Counted from the stretch's first letter, positions 1 to 7,968 are shown. The stretch is DNA of 32,000 nucleotides from Pseudomonadota bacterium (GCA_016125375.1 WGLU01000003.1:133880-165879); one strand, 5' to 3'. The notes: a model not told the origin generated them from the letters alone. Program-made: numbers and translations.

Positions 1-569
1 TCCACATTGGCAGATTTAGCCTGTTCAATCGCCTTGAACATGACACCTGACGGGTCGGCGCCCTCCTTGTCTGGCCTGACAATCGCAACACCTGTGCGTT
101 CGGCCCAGATGGCTAATTGCTCGATGGCACCGGCGCGGTAGGTATCCCCCGCTGCCAGCATGACTGTTTTGCCATCGTCCTTGAACTTCTCCGCCAGTTT
201 GCCGATGGTGGTTGTTTTCCCGGCACCATTAACGCCAACCATCAGAACAATTGCGGGTTTTTTATCGGTTGGCAGGGCGAGGGGCCGTTCTGCCTTTGCC
301 AGTTGTCCGGCAATTTTCTCGGCAAGGAATGTGCGTACCTCGTGCTCGCTGACTTCCTTGTCAAAGCGGCTGGCGCGCAGGGCGCTGATGAGCTGTGCGG
401 CCGTCGTTACACCAATATCCGCACGGATAAGCAGCTCCTCGAGCTCTTCGCACGTGGCGTCATCAAGTTTGCGGTGGGTGAAGAGCTGCGTGATGCCTTC
501 CGTCAAATTGCTGGACGTGCGGCGCAGTCCTTCTTTCAGGCGGTTAAAAAGGCTTTTCTTTTCGGTCAT
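1..569 (-). CDS. ftsY: Signal recognition particle receptor FtsY (N-terminal part; gene continues past window start)
   Basis: Reverse-strand translation starts MTEKKSLFNRLKEGLRRTSSNLTEGITQLFTHRKLDDATCEELEELLIRADIG and contains the P-loop VLMVGVNGAGKTTTIGKLAEKFKDDGKTVMLAAGDTYRAGAIEQL, characteristic of SRP GTPases with a receptor-type N domain. Confidence 0.95.
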   Translation of the reverse strand, partial: MTEKKSLFNRLKEGLRRTSSNLTEGITQLFTHRKLDDATCEELEELLIRADIGVTTAAQLISALRASRFDKEVSEHEVRTFLAEKIAGQLAKAERPLALPTDKKPAIVLMVGVNGAGKTTTIGKLAEKFKDDGKTVMLAAGDTYRAGAIEQLAIWAERTGVAIVRPDKEGADPSGVMFKAIEQAKSANV

Positions 570-937
570 TGGCTCTGGTTCACATACACACTGAGTTGAC
601 GGTACTGTTTTTTACCCTCGGCATCGTAAACCGTGACAGTGAGTTTGAACAGCCCTGGCGTGTCGGTTTTATCCACCGTTTGGGCGTAGGTAAAGTGGTA
701 GCCGCCCATATCCTCTTGCCCACCCTCGGTTTTCAGGTCCGGTTTCATGCTGATGGAGAGGGGTATCAGGTAACGGTCCAGCAGGTTGCGGGCCAGTACA
801 TCAGCTGCCATACGTACCGACAGGTCTCCTGTTGTCCGGTGGCTGCTCGCAACCGTTGCAGCAACAGTTACCAGCGCAATAGAGGCAATGGCGACAGCAA
901 TCAGCACCTCCAGCAGGGTAAAGCCACGGCAGCGCAT
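566..937 (-). CDS. Type II secretion minor pseudopilin, GspI-like
   Basis: Prepilin peptidase motif and hydrophobic helix MRCRGFTLLEVLIAVAIASIALVTVAA; size and C-terminal pattern fit T2SS GspI. The stop overlaps the ftsY start (ATGA). Confidence 0.75.
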   Translation of the reverse strand: MRCRGFTLLEVLIAVAIASIALVTVAATVASSHRTTGDLSVRMAADVLARNLLDRYLIPLSISMKPDLKTEGGQEDMGGYHFTYAQTVDKTDTPGLFKLTVTVYDAEGKKQYRQLSVYVNQSQ

Positions 938-940
938 GGC

Positions 941-1324
941 CTAGTTCCTCAGCCAGGTGTCATTGCGGCTCAGGGGATCTACGTAGCGCAAACGGCCGTC
1001 ATTGGTGCGGATGGTCAGGGCCGGGCGGGCAATTTCGTGCCAGTCGCGCAGCAGGCGGTCAACGCTCAGCAAGGTTCCCCACAAGGGGCCATGCGCCTGC
1101 AGGGCCTGACGGGCATACAGACTGTTCACCGGGTAACCGCTACTGCGGTCACCGTCGATGCTGCTGATAAATGTGCTGTAAAACCAGAGCATCCCGCCAG
1201 CGGGACGTTGTGTTTTCCACGGGCTGGCAGTTCGCTGGGTCAGCAGTTCGGCTGGTACGCTCAGCGGATTGGCGCATGCGTCAACAGGCAGCAGGCAAAG
1301 GAGGCAAAGGGCAATACGGCGCAT
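941..1324 (-). CDS. Exported YidD-like (membrane protein insertion efficiency factor family-like) protein
   Basis: N-terminal signal peptide, then FYSTFISSIDGDRSSGYPVNSLYARQALQAHGPLWGTLLSVDRLLRDWHE, which matches the YidD pattern (fYq..iSp..g..CRf.PTCS.Ya..Ai..hG...G..l...Rl.R) except that the cysteines are absent. Confidence 0.6.
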   Translation of the reverse strand: MRRIALCLLCLLPVDACANPLSVPAELLTQRTASPWKTQRPAGGMLWFYSTFISSIDGDRSSGYPVNSLYARQALQAHGPLWGTLLSVDRLLRDWHEIARPALTIRTNDGRLRYVDPLSRNDTWLRN

Positions 1325-2139
1325 TACAGGCCAGGTTCCTTGGGTTTAAGGTCGCTCCAGCTGTCCATAGCGGTGCGGATGGCCTCATGGCCGTTCCGCA
1401 AAGTGCTGCTGTAGGCGGATGTGATGCTGCCCGCATATACCGTCAGGAACACAAAGCCAAAGAATATCGCCAAACCCCATGCCCGCAGGCGTAGAGTGTT
1501 ATAAAAAGCGCCGCCGAGCAGAGCGCACATCAGCAGGCTCATCAACGCTGTGCGCCAGTCCCCTGTCAGCAAATGCCCGGCACCCGGAACAACACCCATA
1601 AAAGCGGCGACGATGGCCCGGGACATGGGCCGCATGCCCATGTCCGACAGTTTCTTGCGCAGGGCGTCTGTCTTGGGTCCTTTTGCCTGATCCGGCAGAG
1701 CCCCTGTCTGGTAAGCCTGCTGCCACAGGCCGTACCATGCGGCCTCGGCGGTATAAAAATCCCGCGGGTAGAGCTGTTGCAGACGGTCGGCAAAGGGTTT
1801 ACCGCCGTTCGGTTTGAGGGTATCGCCCAGCACCATCATCCGGTACATCGCCTCGGGGATGCGGTTGCTGGAGGGGAATATGGCGCCAAAACGCTCAAAA
1901 TCCTGCAAGGCCTGCTGGGGCATGCCCTGGGCAGCGGCCAACACGGCTACACGGAAGAGGGCCTCTTCCCTGAGGGGGCTCTGCGGGTCCACCTCGTGCG
2001 CCATACGTTTCCATTCCAGCCGTGCTCCGGCAAGGTCGCCCTCATCTTCCAGCGCGCGCGCAAACGACGATGTGCCCATATCCGCGTGGGCGGACAGGGC
2101 CAGAACAAAGCTCAGCAGGGTCAAAAAAAGTGTTTTCAT
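1324..2139 (-). CDS. Secreted/membrane protein with TPR-like N-terminal half and two to three C-terminal transmembrane helices
   Basis: Signal peptide MKTLFLTLLSFVLALSAHA, TPR-like helices (ARLEWKRMAHEVDPQSPLREEALFRVAVLAAAQGMPQQALQDFERF), hydrophobic C-terminal helices. Stop/start overlap with the YidD-like gene. Confidence 0.65.
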   Translation of the reverse strand: MKTLFLTLLSFVLALSAHADMGTSSFARALEDEGDLAGARLEWKRMAHEVDPQSPLREEALFRVAVLAAAQGMPQQALQDFERFGAIFPSSNRIPEAMYRMMVLGDTLKPNGGKPFADRLQQLYPRDFYTAEAAWYGLWQQAYQTGALPDQAKGPKTDALRKKLSDMGMRPMSRAIVAAFMGVVPGAGHLLTGDWRTALMSLLMCALLGGAFYNTLRLRAWGLAIFFGFVFLTVYAGSITSAYSSTLRNGHEAIRTAMDSWSDLKPKEPGL

Positions 2140-2300
2140 GTCGGCAGTTATACAGCCGCGCAGGGCGGACTGTCAAAAACACAACAACAAAACTTGCAGC
2201 CTTGGCGCAGGCTCCCTACATTCTCAACATCGGTTTTCGTGCCGCATCTTTTCGTCTTTTTCGCATCTTTCCCCTGTTTTCCTGACTCGGAGGCTCTCTC

Positions 2301-2897
2301 ATGACCCTTACCGGTAAGATTTTCGTGGCCGGGTTTCTGGCCCTGCTCTGCGCGATGGGCCTGTTCTCCGCCTACGGCGGCTGGTTCAACGCCACCATCG
2401 CCTGCATGGTCGGCACCGTGGCGCTGCCCGCGCTGACGTTCTTCATCAAGGGCCGTCACCCGTACACCATCTGGGCCGTCTGGGCGCTGGTGGGCATGGC
2501 CTGGGGCGTCACCGGAGCAGGCATCGCCCTGTATCTGGAGCTGTGGCTGCTCGCCGTTCCGGCGCTGCTGACCGCGGCCGCGGCTGCTCTTGGCGTGTTC
2601 CGTCTGGTCACCATCATGGTGCCGGACATCGCCATGTTTGCCGGCATCATGTCCGGCCAGCCTGCCAACACGCCGGCCATCAAGGCCCGTCTGGCTGCGC
2701 TGGGCGCCTACTACGGCAAGCTCAACGCTCTGCGTGCCAAAGTCGGCCTGCGCCCGCTGGGGGCCAGCGGCGAATACACCCGCAGCAACGACCCCAACGC
2801 CTACTGGCGTGAGCGCGAAGATGGTCTGCCGCCCGTGAACGGCGGCAACCGTGCCGAACGCCGCAAGCGCGCGGCCGAAGAGCGCAAGCGCAAGTAA
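2301..2897 (+). CDS. Hypothetical inner-membrane protein with a highly basic C-terminal tail
   Basis: 198-aa ORF with four likely transmembrane helices, C-terminus RAERRKRAAEERKRK, strong G/C-ending codon bias, followed by a rho-independent terminator. Confidence 0.7.
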   Translation: MTLTGKIFVAGFLALLCAMGLFSAYGGWFNATIACMVGTVALPALTFFIKGRHPYTIWAVWALVGMAWGVTGAGIALYLELWLLAVPALLTAAAAALGVFRLVTIMVPDIAMFAGIMSGQPANTPAIKARLAALGAYYGKLNALRAKVGLRPLGASGEYTRSNDPNAYWREREDGLPPVNGGNRAERRKRAAEERKRK

Positions 2898-2912
2898 CCA
2901 CCCCAACGACCT

Positions 2913-2940
2913 GACCCCGCCGCATGGCGGGGTCTTTTCT
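2913..2940 (+). terminator. Rho-independent terminator
   Basis: GACCCCGCC-GCAT-GGCGGGGTC followed by TTTTCTTTT. Confidence 0.85.
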
Positions 2941-2990
2941 TTTGGGCGCAAAAAGGCTAAGCTGCCCCCACAAATGCAGGAGGAGCCGCC

Positions 2991-4364
2991 ATGTTTGACC
3001 AGTTGTCCGACCGTTTTGACGCGTTATTCAAGCGCCTGAGCGGCCGTGGCCTGCTGACCGAGGCCGACGTGGATGCCGCGCTGCGCGAGGTGCGTATCGC
3101 CCTGTTGGAGGCCGATGTCGCCCTGCCTGTCATCAAGCGCTTTATGACGCTGGTAAAGGAAAAAGCGGTGGGCGAGGATGTGCTCAAGTCTATCAAGCCG
3201 TCCGAGCAGGTGGTGAAAATCGTCCACGATGCGCTGGTCGAGGTGCTGGGCGAGGGGGAGGAACTTAATCTCCGGGCTCAGCCGCCTGTCGTTCTTCTGA
3301 TGGTCGGCCTGCAAGGCTCGGGTAAAACCACCACCACGGGCAAGTTGGCGCGCCTGCTGAAAAATGACCGCAAAAAAGTGCTGATGGCCTCGCTGGATAT
3401 TTACCGTCCAGCCGCGCAGGCACAGCTCGCCACGCTTGGGCAACGTACCGGCGTGGATAGTTTAGAGATTATCGACGGCCAAAAACCGCTGGAGATTACA
3501 AAGCGCGCGTTGGATGCGGCCAAAAAGGGCGGTTACGACGTGCTGATGCTCGATACCGCAGGCCGCTTGGAGATTGACGAGGCCATGATGGCCGAACTGG
3601 ACGCTGTGAAAGCAACCGCCAACCCGACCGAAGTGCTGCTGGTGGCCGACGCCATGACCGGTCAGGTCGCGGTGGATATTGCCACCGCGTTTAACGAGCG
3701 CTTTGGCGTGACCGGCATCATCCTGACCCGTATGGACGGCGACAGCCGCGGCGGTGCCGCGCTTTCCATGCGCGAAGTGACGGGCAAGCCCATTAAATAC
3801 GTCGGTACCGGCGAAAACTTGGAAGGCATTACGCCGTTCCACCCCAAACGGGTGGCCGGGCGCATCCTCGGCATGGGCGATGTGGTGTCTCTGGTCGAAA
3901 AAATGCAGGAAAATATCGACGAGGAGGCGGCCCTGAAAATGCAGGACCGTATGATGGACGGCAAGTTCGACCTCAACGACCTCAGAAGCCAGCTTGAGCA
4001 GATGACCAAAATGGGTTCGCTGTCGAGCCTGATGGACATGATGCCTGGCATGAAGGGGATGAAGGACAAAATCGACCCCAGCAAGCTCGATGACCGCCAG
4101 ATTGTCCGCCAGATTGCCATTATTAATTCCATGACGCCTAAAGAACGCCGTAACCCGCAACTGATGAACGCCCGCCGCCGCATCCGCATCGCTAACGGGG
4201 CCGGTGTGAGTGTGAACGAGGTCAACAAGCTGCTCAAATCGTACGACCAAATGAGCCGGATGATGAAGAAGCTCGGCAAAATGGGTGGTCTGGCAGGTTT
4301 GGGTAAAATGTTCGGCAAAGGCGGCCTGCCCAATATCTCTGGTATGCCCAAGCTGCCCAAATAG
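2991..4364 (+). CDS. ffh: Signal recognition particle protein Ffh
   Basis: MFDQLSDRFDALFKRLSGRG...GLQGSGKTTTTGKLARLL...DTAGRL...TRMDGDSRGGAALS, and a Met-rich M domain ending KLGKMGGLAGLGKMFGKGG. Confidence 0.98.
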   Translation: MFDQLSDRFDALFKRLSGRGLLTEADVDAALREVRIALLEADVALPVIKRFMTLVKEKAVGEDVLKSIKPSEQVVKIVHDALVEVLGEGEELNLRAQPPVVLLMVGLQGSGKTTTTGKLARLLKNDRKKVLMASLDIYRPAAQAQLATLGQRTGVDSLEIIDGQKPLEITKRALDAAKKGGYDVLMLDTAGRLEIDEAMMAELDAVKATANPTEVLLVADAMTGQVAVDIATAFNERFGVTGIILTRMDGDSRGGAALSMREVTGKPIKYVGTGENLEGITPFHPKRVAGRILGMGDVVSLVEKMQENIDEEAALKMQDRMMDGKFDLNDLRSQLEQMTKMGSLSSLMDMMPGMKGMKDKIDPSKLDDRQIVRQIAIINSMTPKERRNPQLMNARRRIRIANGAGVSVNEVNKLLKSYDQMSRMMKKLGKMGGLAGLGKMFGKGGLPNISGMPKLPK

Positions 4365-4519
4365 ATGTTTTGGCAATAAAAACGCTTGCATTTGCCCGCC
4401 CGCGGGCGTAAATACACCCCACAGAGTTGCGTATACACGGTGTATGCGCCGCCCTTTGAATCGCGTAAAAGGAACTTCACTGCGTTTGGCAGGAAGTTGC
4501 GTAGGAAAGGAAAGATACG

Positions 4520-4969
4520 ATGTCCGTAGCTATTCGTCTGGCCCGTCGTGGCCGCAAAAAATTGCCCTTCTACCATGTTATTGTGACCGACAGCCGCAAC
4601 TCGCGCGACGGTCGCTTTATCGAGAAAATCGGCCACTTCAACCCACTGACTGACGGTGATGACCGTCTGACCCTGAAGGCTGACCGTGCCGTACACTGGC
4701 TGAATGTAGGCGCCAAGCCTAGCGCAACCGTCGGCAAAATGCTGATCGGTCTGGGTGTTGGTACCGACAAACAGCGTGCCGACATGCAAAAAGTTATCGA
4801 CCTGCGTAAGAACGCTATTCAGGCCCGCCTGAAAAAAGAAGCTGATGCCAAAGCCGCCGAAGCTGCTGCCGCTAAAGCTGCCGAAGATGCTGCCGCTGCT
4901 GAAGCTGCTGCTGCCGAAGCCGCTGCCGCTGCTGAAGCACCTGCTGCTGAAGAGCAACCTTCCGCCTAA
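4520..4969 (+). CDS. rpsP: 30S ribosomal protein bS16 with long Ala/Glu-rich C-terminal extension
   Basis: MSVAIRLARRGRKKLPFYHVIVTDSRNSRDGRFIEKIGHFNP; C-terminus [45 protein letters not shown]. Confidence 0.97.
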   Translation: MSVAIRLARRGRKKLPFYHVIVTDSRNSRDGRFIEKIGHFNPLTDGDDRLTLKADRAVHWLNVGAKPSATVGKMLIGLGVGTDKQRADMQKVIDLRKNAIQARLKKEADAKAAEAAAAKAAEDAAAAEAAAAEAAAAAEAPAAEEQPSA

Positions 4970-4983
4970 GGTCTGCGTTACTT

Positions 4984-5508
4984 ATGAGCGCCCAGCGCCC
5001 GCCCCGCAAAGATGGTTATTTTTGTGTGGCAGTGGTTCTGGGCGCTCATGGCATTCGTGGGGGCGTTCGCCTCAAGGCCTTTACGGCCGACCCCGCCGAT
5101 GTTGCCGCCTACGGTGCACCCGTAGACACCCGCGGCAAGGCATTTTCGCTCTCCCGTATTAAAGTGACACCCAAAGGCGTGCTTGCCCATATCGATGGTC
5201 TGAACGACCGTGACGCCGCAGAGGCCCTGAAAGGAACGTACCTGTATGCGCCCTTGTCCGCCCTGCCGGATGATGGCGGCGTGTACTACGGCGAGCTGGA
5301 AGCCATGATGGTCGTGCGCGAGAATGCCGAGCCTGTCGGTACAATCGACTATGTTTTTGATGCCGGTGCCAACCCGGTCCTGTCTGTCCGCCTGACAAAT
5401 GGCGGCGATGTGATGATCCCCTTTATCGACGATGTTGTTGTCCGTGTGGATAAGGCTGCTGCTCAGGTGATTGTGAGCGACGCGGTTGATATGTTCCTCG
5501 GGCTGTAA
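4984..5508 (+). CDS. rimM: Ribosome maturation factor RimM
   Basis: VAVVLGAHGIRGGVRLKAFT...GTYLYAPLSALP...VYYGELEAMMV...VLSVRL..GGDVMIPFIDDVV; lies downstream of rpsP. Confidence 0.93.
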   Translation: MSAQRPPRKDGYFCVAVVLGAHGIRGGVRLKAFTADPADVAAYGAPVDTRGKAFSLSRIKVTPKGVLAHIDGLNDRDAAEALKGTYLYAPLSALPDDGGVYYGELEAMMVVRENAEPVGTIDYVFDAGANPVLSVRLTNGGDVMIPFIDDVVVRVDKAAAQVIVSDAVDMFLGL

Positions 5509-5523
5509 GCGCATATACGCCAC

Positions 5524-5552
5524 AAAAAAAGCCGCCCCGTGAGGGGCGGCTT
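5524..5552 (-). terminator. Rho-independent terminator of the minus-strand gene ending at 5567
   Basis: Read on the minus strand: GAAGCCGCCCCTCACGGGGCGGCTTTTTTT; the U-tract is on the minus-strand transcript only. Confidence 0.85.
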
Positions 5553-5566
5553 CGTCGTTCGGTCGG

Positions 5567-6220
5567 TTACTTGTGCAGATCCTTGTCGAAGGTCTTCTGC
5601 TGCCAGTCGGCGATGGAACGCAGCCAGCGGCCGAAGAAGCGGTACATCCCCGAGAGGATGAACGTCGCCGGCGCATGGACCAGGAACCACGCAAAGCGGA
5701 ACAGCGCATGGACGGCGTAAACCGGCCAGCAGCCGAACCACAGCATCAGGTCGCCCTTGTAGTGGGCGGGGTCGCGGTTCAGGCAGTACGGGTACGCGTA
5801 CTCGAACCACGCCTTGCGCAGCTCGGCCGGTACCGGCTTGCCGATGTCGTCGCCGAGCTTGTGGATGGCGAAGAACTCCGCCTTCAGCTCACGCAGCTTG
5901 GCAGCGTTGCCCATGCCGCGGCCGATCCACTCGCCGAACATCCAGAACAGACCGATGAACAGGTAGCTCGGGATGGTGATCAGCGGGTTTTTCAGGACCC
6001 AGGCGACGGGGGTGATGTCCTTGCCGAACAGATAGGCGAAGAACAGCGTGGCCAGCATGGTGATGGTCACGATGACGGCCTGACCCTTGCTGGCACCCGG
6101 ACGGGGCGGCAGCGGGGCGGTTTCGGCTTCGGTCGGGGTGTCGTCGGAACCGCTGACCAGCTTGGCGAAGAAAATCACCAGCGCAGCGATCACGATGACC
6201 GGAAGAAGCAGTTTGAACAT
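5567..6220 (-). CDS. Hypothetical multi-pass membrane protein, paralog A
   Basis: 217-aa ORF with an AG-rich RBS (GGAG) upstream, strong G/C-ending codons, own terminator. Shares YxxIGxxWMFxxW, (I/V)PAxLKxxWFxYA and YKxxxxLWxGxWP with the neighbouring ORF at 6407..7123. Confidence 0.85.
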   Translation of the reverse strand: MFKLLLPVIVIAALVIFFAKLVSGSDDTPTEAETAPLPPRPGASKGQAVIVTITMLATLFFAYLFGKDITPVAWVLKNPLITIPSYLFIGLFWMFGEWIGRGMGNAAKLRELKAEFFAIHKLGDDIGKPVPAELRKAWFEYAYPYCLNRDPAHYKGDLMLWFGCWPVYAVHALFRFAWFLVHAPATFILSGMYRFFGRWLRSIADWQQKTFDKDLHK

Positions 6221-6363
6221 GGCATGCTCCTGCTTGGAGAGAAAACAGGGAAAAACGAGAAAAAGAAAAGACAGATTGTGCGGAAAACACGCCCCATATT
6301 TGGGTGCGGTGGGGGGAAAGTCAACCGAAATCGGACGATTGTATACAAAAATCGGCGGGCACG

Positions 6364-6391
6364 AAAAAAGCCGCCCCGGTGGGGGCGGCTT
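6364..6391 (-). terminator. Rho-independent terminator of the minus-strand gene ending at 6407
   Basis: Minus strand: GAAGCCGCCCC-CACC-GGGGCGGCTTTTTT; nearly the same sequence as the 5524-5552 terminator. Confidence 0.85.
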
Positions 6392-6406
6392 CTGTCGATC
6401 GAAGGG

Positions 6407-7123
6407 TTACTTCACGTCGTCGTCGTACTTCTTCGCACGACGGTTGACCATGTAGCGCAGCGCGCCGGAGCAGCGGTCGTAGATGAACAGCGACACGCGC
6501 TTGACGAGCTTGGTCAGGTCGTCCAGCAGGTTGAACAGCCGGATGAAGAACTGACGGGTCACCGACCAGGCCATGGAGAACGGCCAGTAGCCGATCCACA
6601 GCAGGAAGCGGCTCTTGTAGCTGTTCGGGTTCGGCTTGTAGGCGGCGCGGCCCGCGTAGCGGAACCACTCGTCCTTCAGGTTGGCCGGGATGGCCTCGCC
6701 GGCCTTCAGGGTGATCCCCTTGGCGGCGACGAACTCCTTGCGGGTCGAGGACAGATCGTTGTCCCAGCGCTTCAGGACGCCTTCCCACTTGGCGAACATC
6801 CACAGCGCGCCGATCGGGAAATAGGCCGCCACGACGGCGATCCAGTTCTCGATGACGAACTTGATGACCGGGTTCTCCAGACCGCCGCCGAGGAAGTACA
6901 GCAGCGCGGTGAAGACCAGCAGGGTGAAGGTGGCGCCGACGCCCGAGTCGTTCTCGACGCACGTGAACTCGACGACGAAGAACAGCGCGAGCAGGGCGAA
7001 GAACGGCCAGGTGAAGCCGACGAACAGGGTGGTGGCGGTCAGGCCGGCCAGCAGGCTGCTGCCAGCGAAGAACCAGATAAGGGCACCGATGGCGCCCGCT
7101 CCGAGCAGATAACGCATCTGCAT
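6407..7123 (-). CDS. Hypothetical multi-pass membrane protein, paralog B
   Basis: 238-aa ORF with RBS AAAGGAGATGCAGATG, strong G/C-ending codons, own terminator, and motif-level similarity to paralog A. Confidence 0.85.
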   Translation of the reverse strand: MQMRYLLGAGAIGALIWFFAGSSLLAGLTATTLFVGFTWPFFALLALFFVVEFTCVENDSGVGATFTLLVFTALLYFLGGGLENPVIKFVIENWIAVVAAYFPIGALWMFAKWEGVLKRWDNDLSSTRKEFVAAKGITLKAGEAIPANLKDEWFRYAGRAAYKPNPNSYKSRFLLWIGYWPFSMAWSVTRQFFIRLFNLLDDLTKLVKRVSLFIYDRCSGALRYMVNRRAKKYDDDVK

Positions 7124-7278
7124 CTCCTTTTACTTTGAAAGGCCGATTGGCAAAAAGGTTAGGAGGGGTAATCTAAAAAACGTAATGCAAAGAAATAAAA
7201 AAGATGTGGCTTTTGAACGGCGCATTGTTAAATGTGTATACCGTACTTGTCAACAGCTGCTTTAGGAAATTTTGTGCT

Positions 7279-7968
7279 ATGGCCTACCGTGTGACGATTT
7301 TGACCCTCTTTCCGGAGATGTTTCCCGGGCCGTTGGGCGTTTCCATCACAGGCCGCGCGCTGAACGAGGGCAAATGGGCGCTGGATGTGGTGAATATCCG
7401 CGATTCTGCCACCGACCGCCACCGCACCGTGGACGATACGCCCTACGGGGGCGGGGCAGGCATGGTGATGAAGGCGGACATTGTTGCTGCGGCCATCCGC
7501 AAGGCGAAAGAGGCAAATCCGAAGGCACGCGTCGCGTTTATGGCCCCGGCAGGCAGACCGTTCAAACAGGCGGATGCCGAGCGTCTGAGCCGGGAAGAGG
7601 GGCTGATTCTCCTGTGTGGTCACTACGAAGGCATTGACCAACGGGTGTTGGATGCGCTGGTAGATGAAGAGCTCTCTATCGGTGATTACGTGCTGACGGG
7701 TGGTGAAGTACCGGCGATGGTCATCACCGACGCGGTTGTACGTCAATTGGGCGGCGTGCTGGGCAACGCCGAAACCCTGCATGAAGAATCTTTCGACGAC
7801 GGGTTGCTGGAATACCCGCACTATACCCGGCCCGAAGTATGGGAAGGGCAGCGTGTGCCGGATGTTTTACTGTCCGGACATCACGGCAATATCGCCAAAT
7901 GGCGCCTGGAGCAGGCGCGGGCGCGTACCGCCGAGCGCCGCCCGGATTTGCTGGAAAAGAAAAAGTAA
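7279..7968 (+). CDS. trmD: tRNA (guanine-N1)-methyltransferase TrmD
   Basis: MAYRVTILTLFPEMFPGPLGVSITGRAL...LLCGHYEGIDQRVLD...DEELSIGDYVLTGGE...VPDVLLSGHHGNIAKWRLEQ. The ORF-track start at 7204 is probably too far upstream. Confidence 0.97.
   Translation: MAYRVTILTLFPEMFPGPLGVSITGRALNEGKWALDVVNIRDSATDRHRTVDDTPYGGGAGMVMKADIVAAAIRKAKEANPKARVAFMAPAGRPFKQADAERLSREEGLILLCGHYEGIDQRVLDALVDEELSIGDYVLTGGEVPAMVITDAVVRQLGGVLGNAETLHEESFDDGLLEYPHYTRPEVWEGQRVPDVLLSGHHGNIAKWRLEQARARTAERRPDLLEKKK

Noticed and set aside
4394-4407. GCCCGC/GCGGGC dyad between ffh and rpsP as a terminator
   Set aside because: The stem is short and lacks a following T tract on either strand. It is not supported as a terminator.
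3462-4957. Long minus-strand ORFs (309 aa and 431 aa) opposite ffh and rpsP
   Set aside because: Antisense to conserved genes; Ser/Phe/Gly-rich translation of Met-rich M-domain codons read backward.
4832-4966. Tandem DNA repeat or CRISPR-like pattern in the rpsP 3' end
   Set aside because: The repetition is codon-level (GCT/GCC/GAA) in frame with an Ala/Glu tail and has no spacer structure.
5573-7138. 521-aa + strand ORF spanning both minus-strand paralogs and their spacer
   Set aside because: The translation is a low-complexity R/E/A/G/V-rich mirror of the minus-strand genes, as expected antisense to G/C-ending codons. The minus-strand ORFs have RBSs, terminators, hydrophobic helices and mutual similarity.
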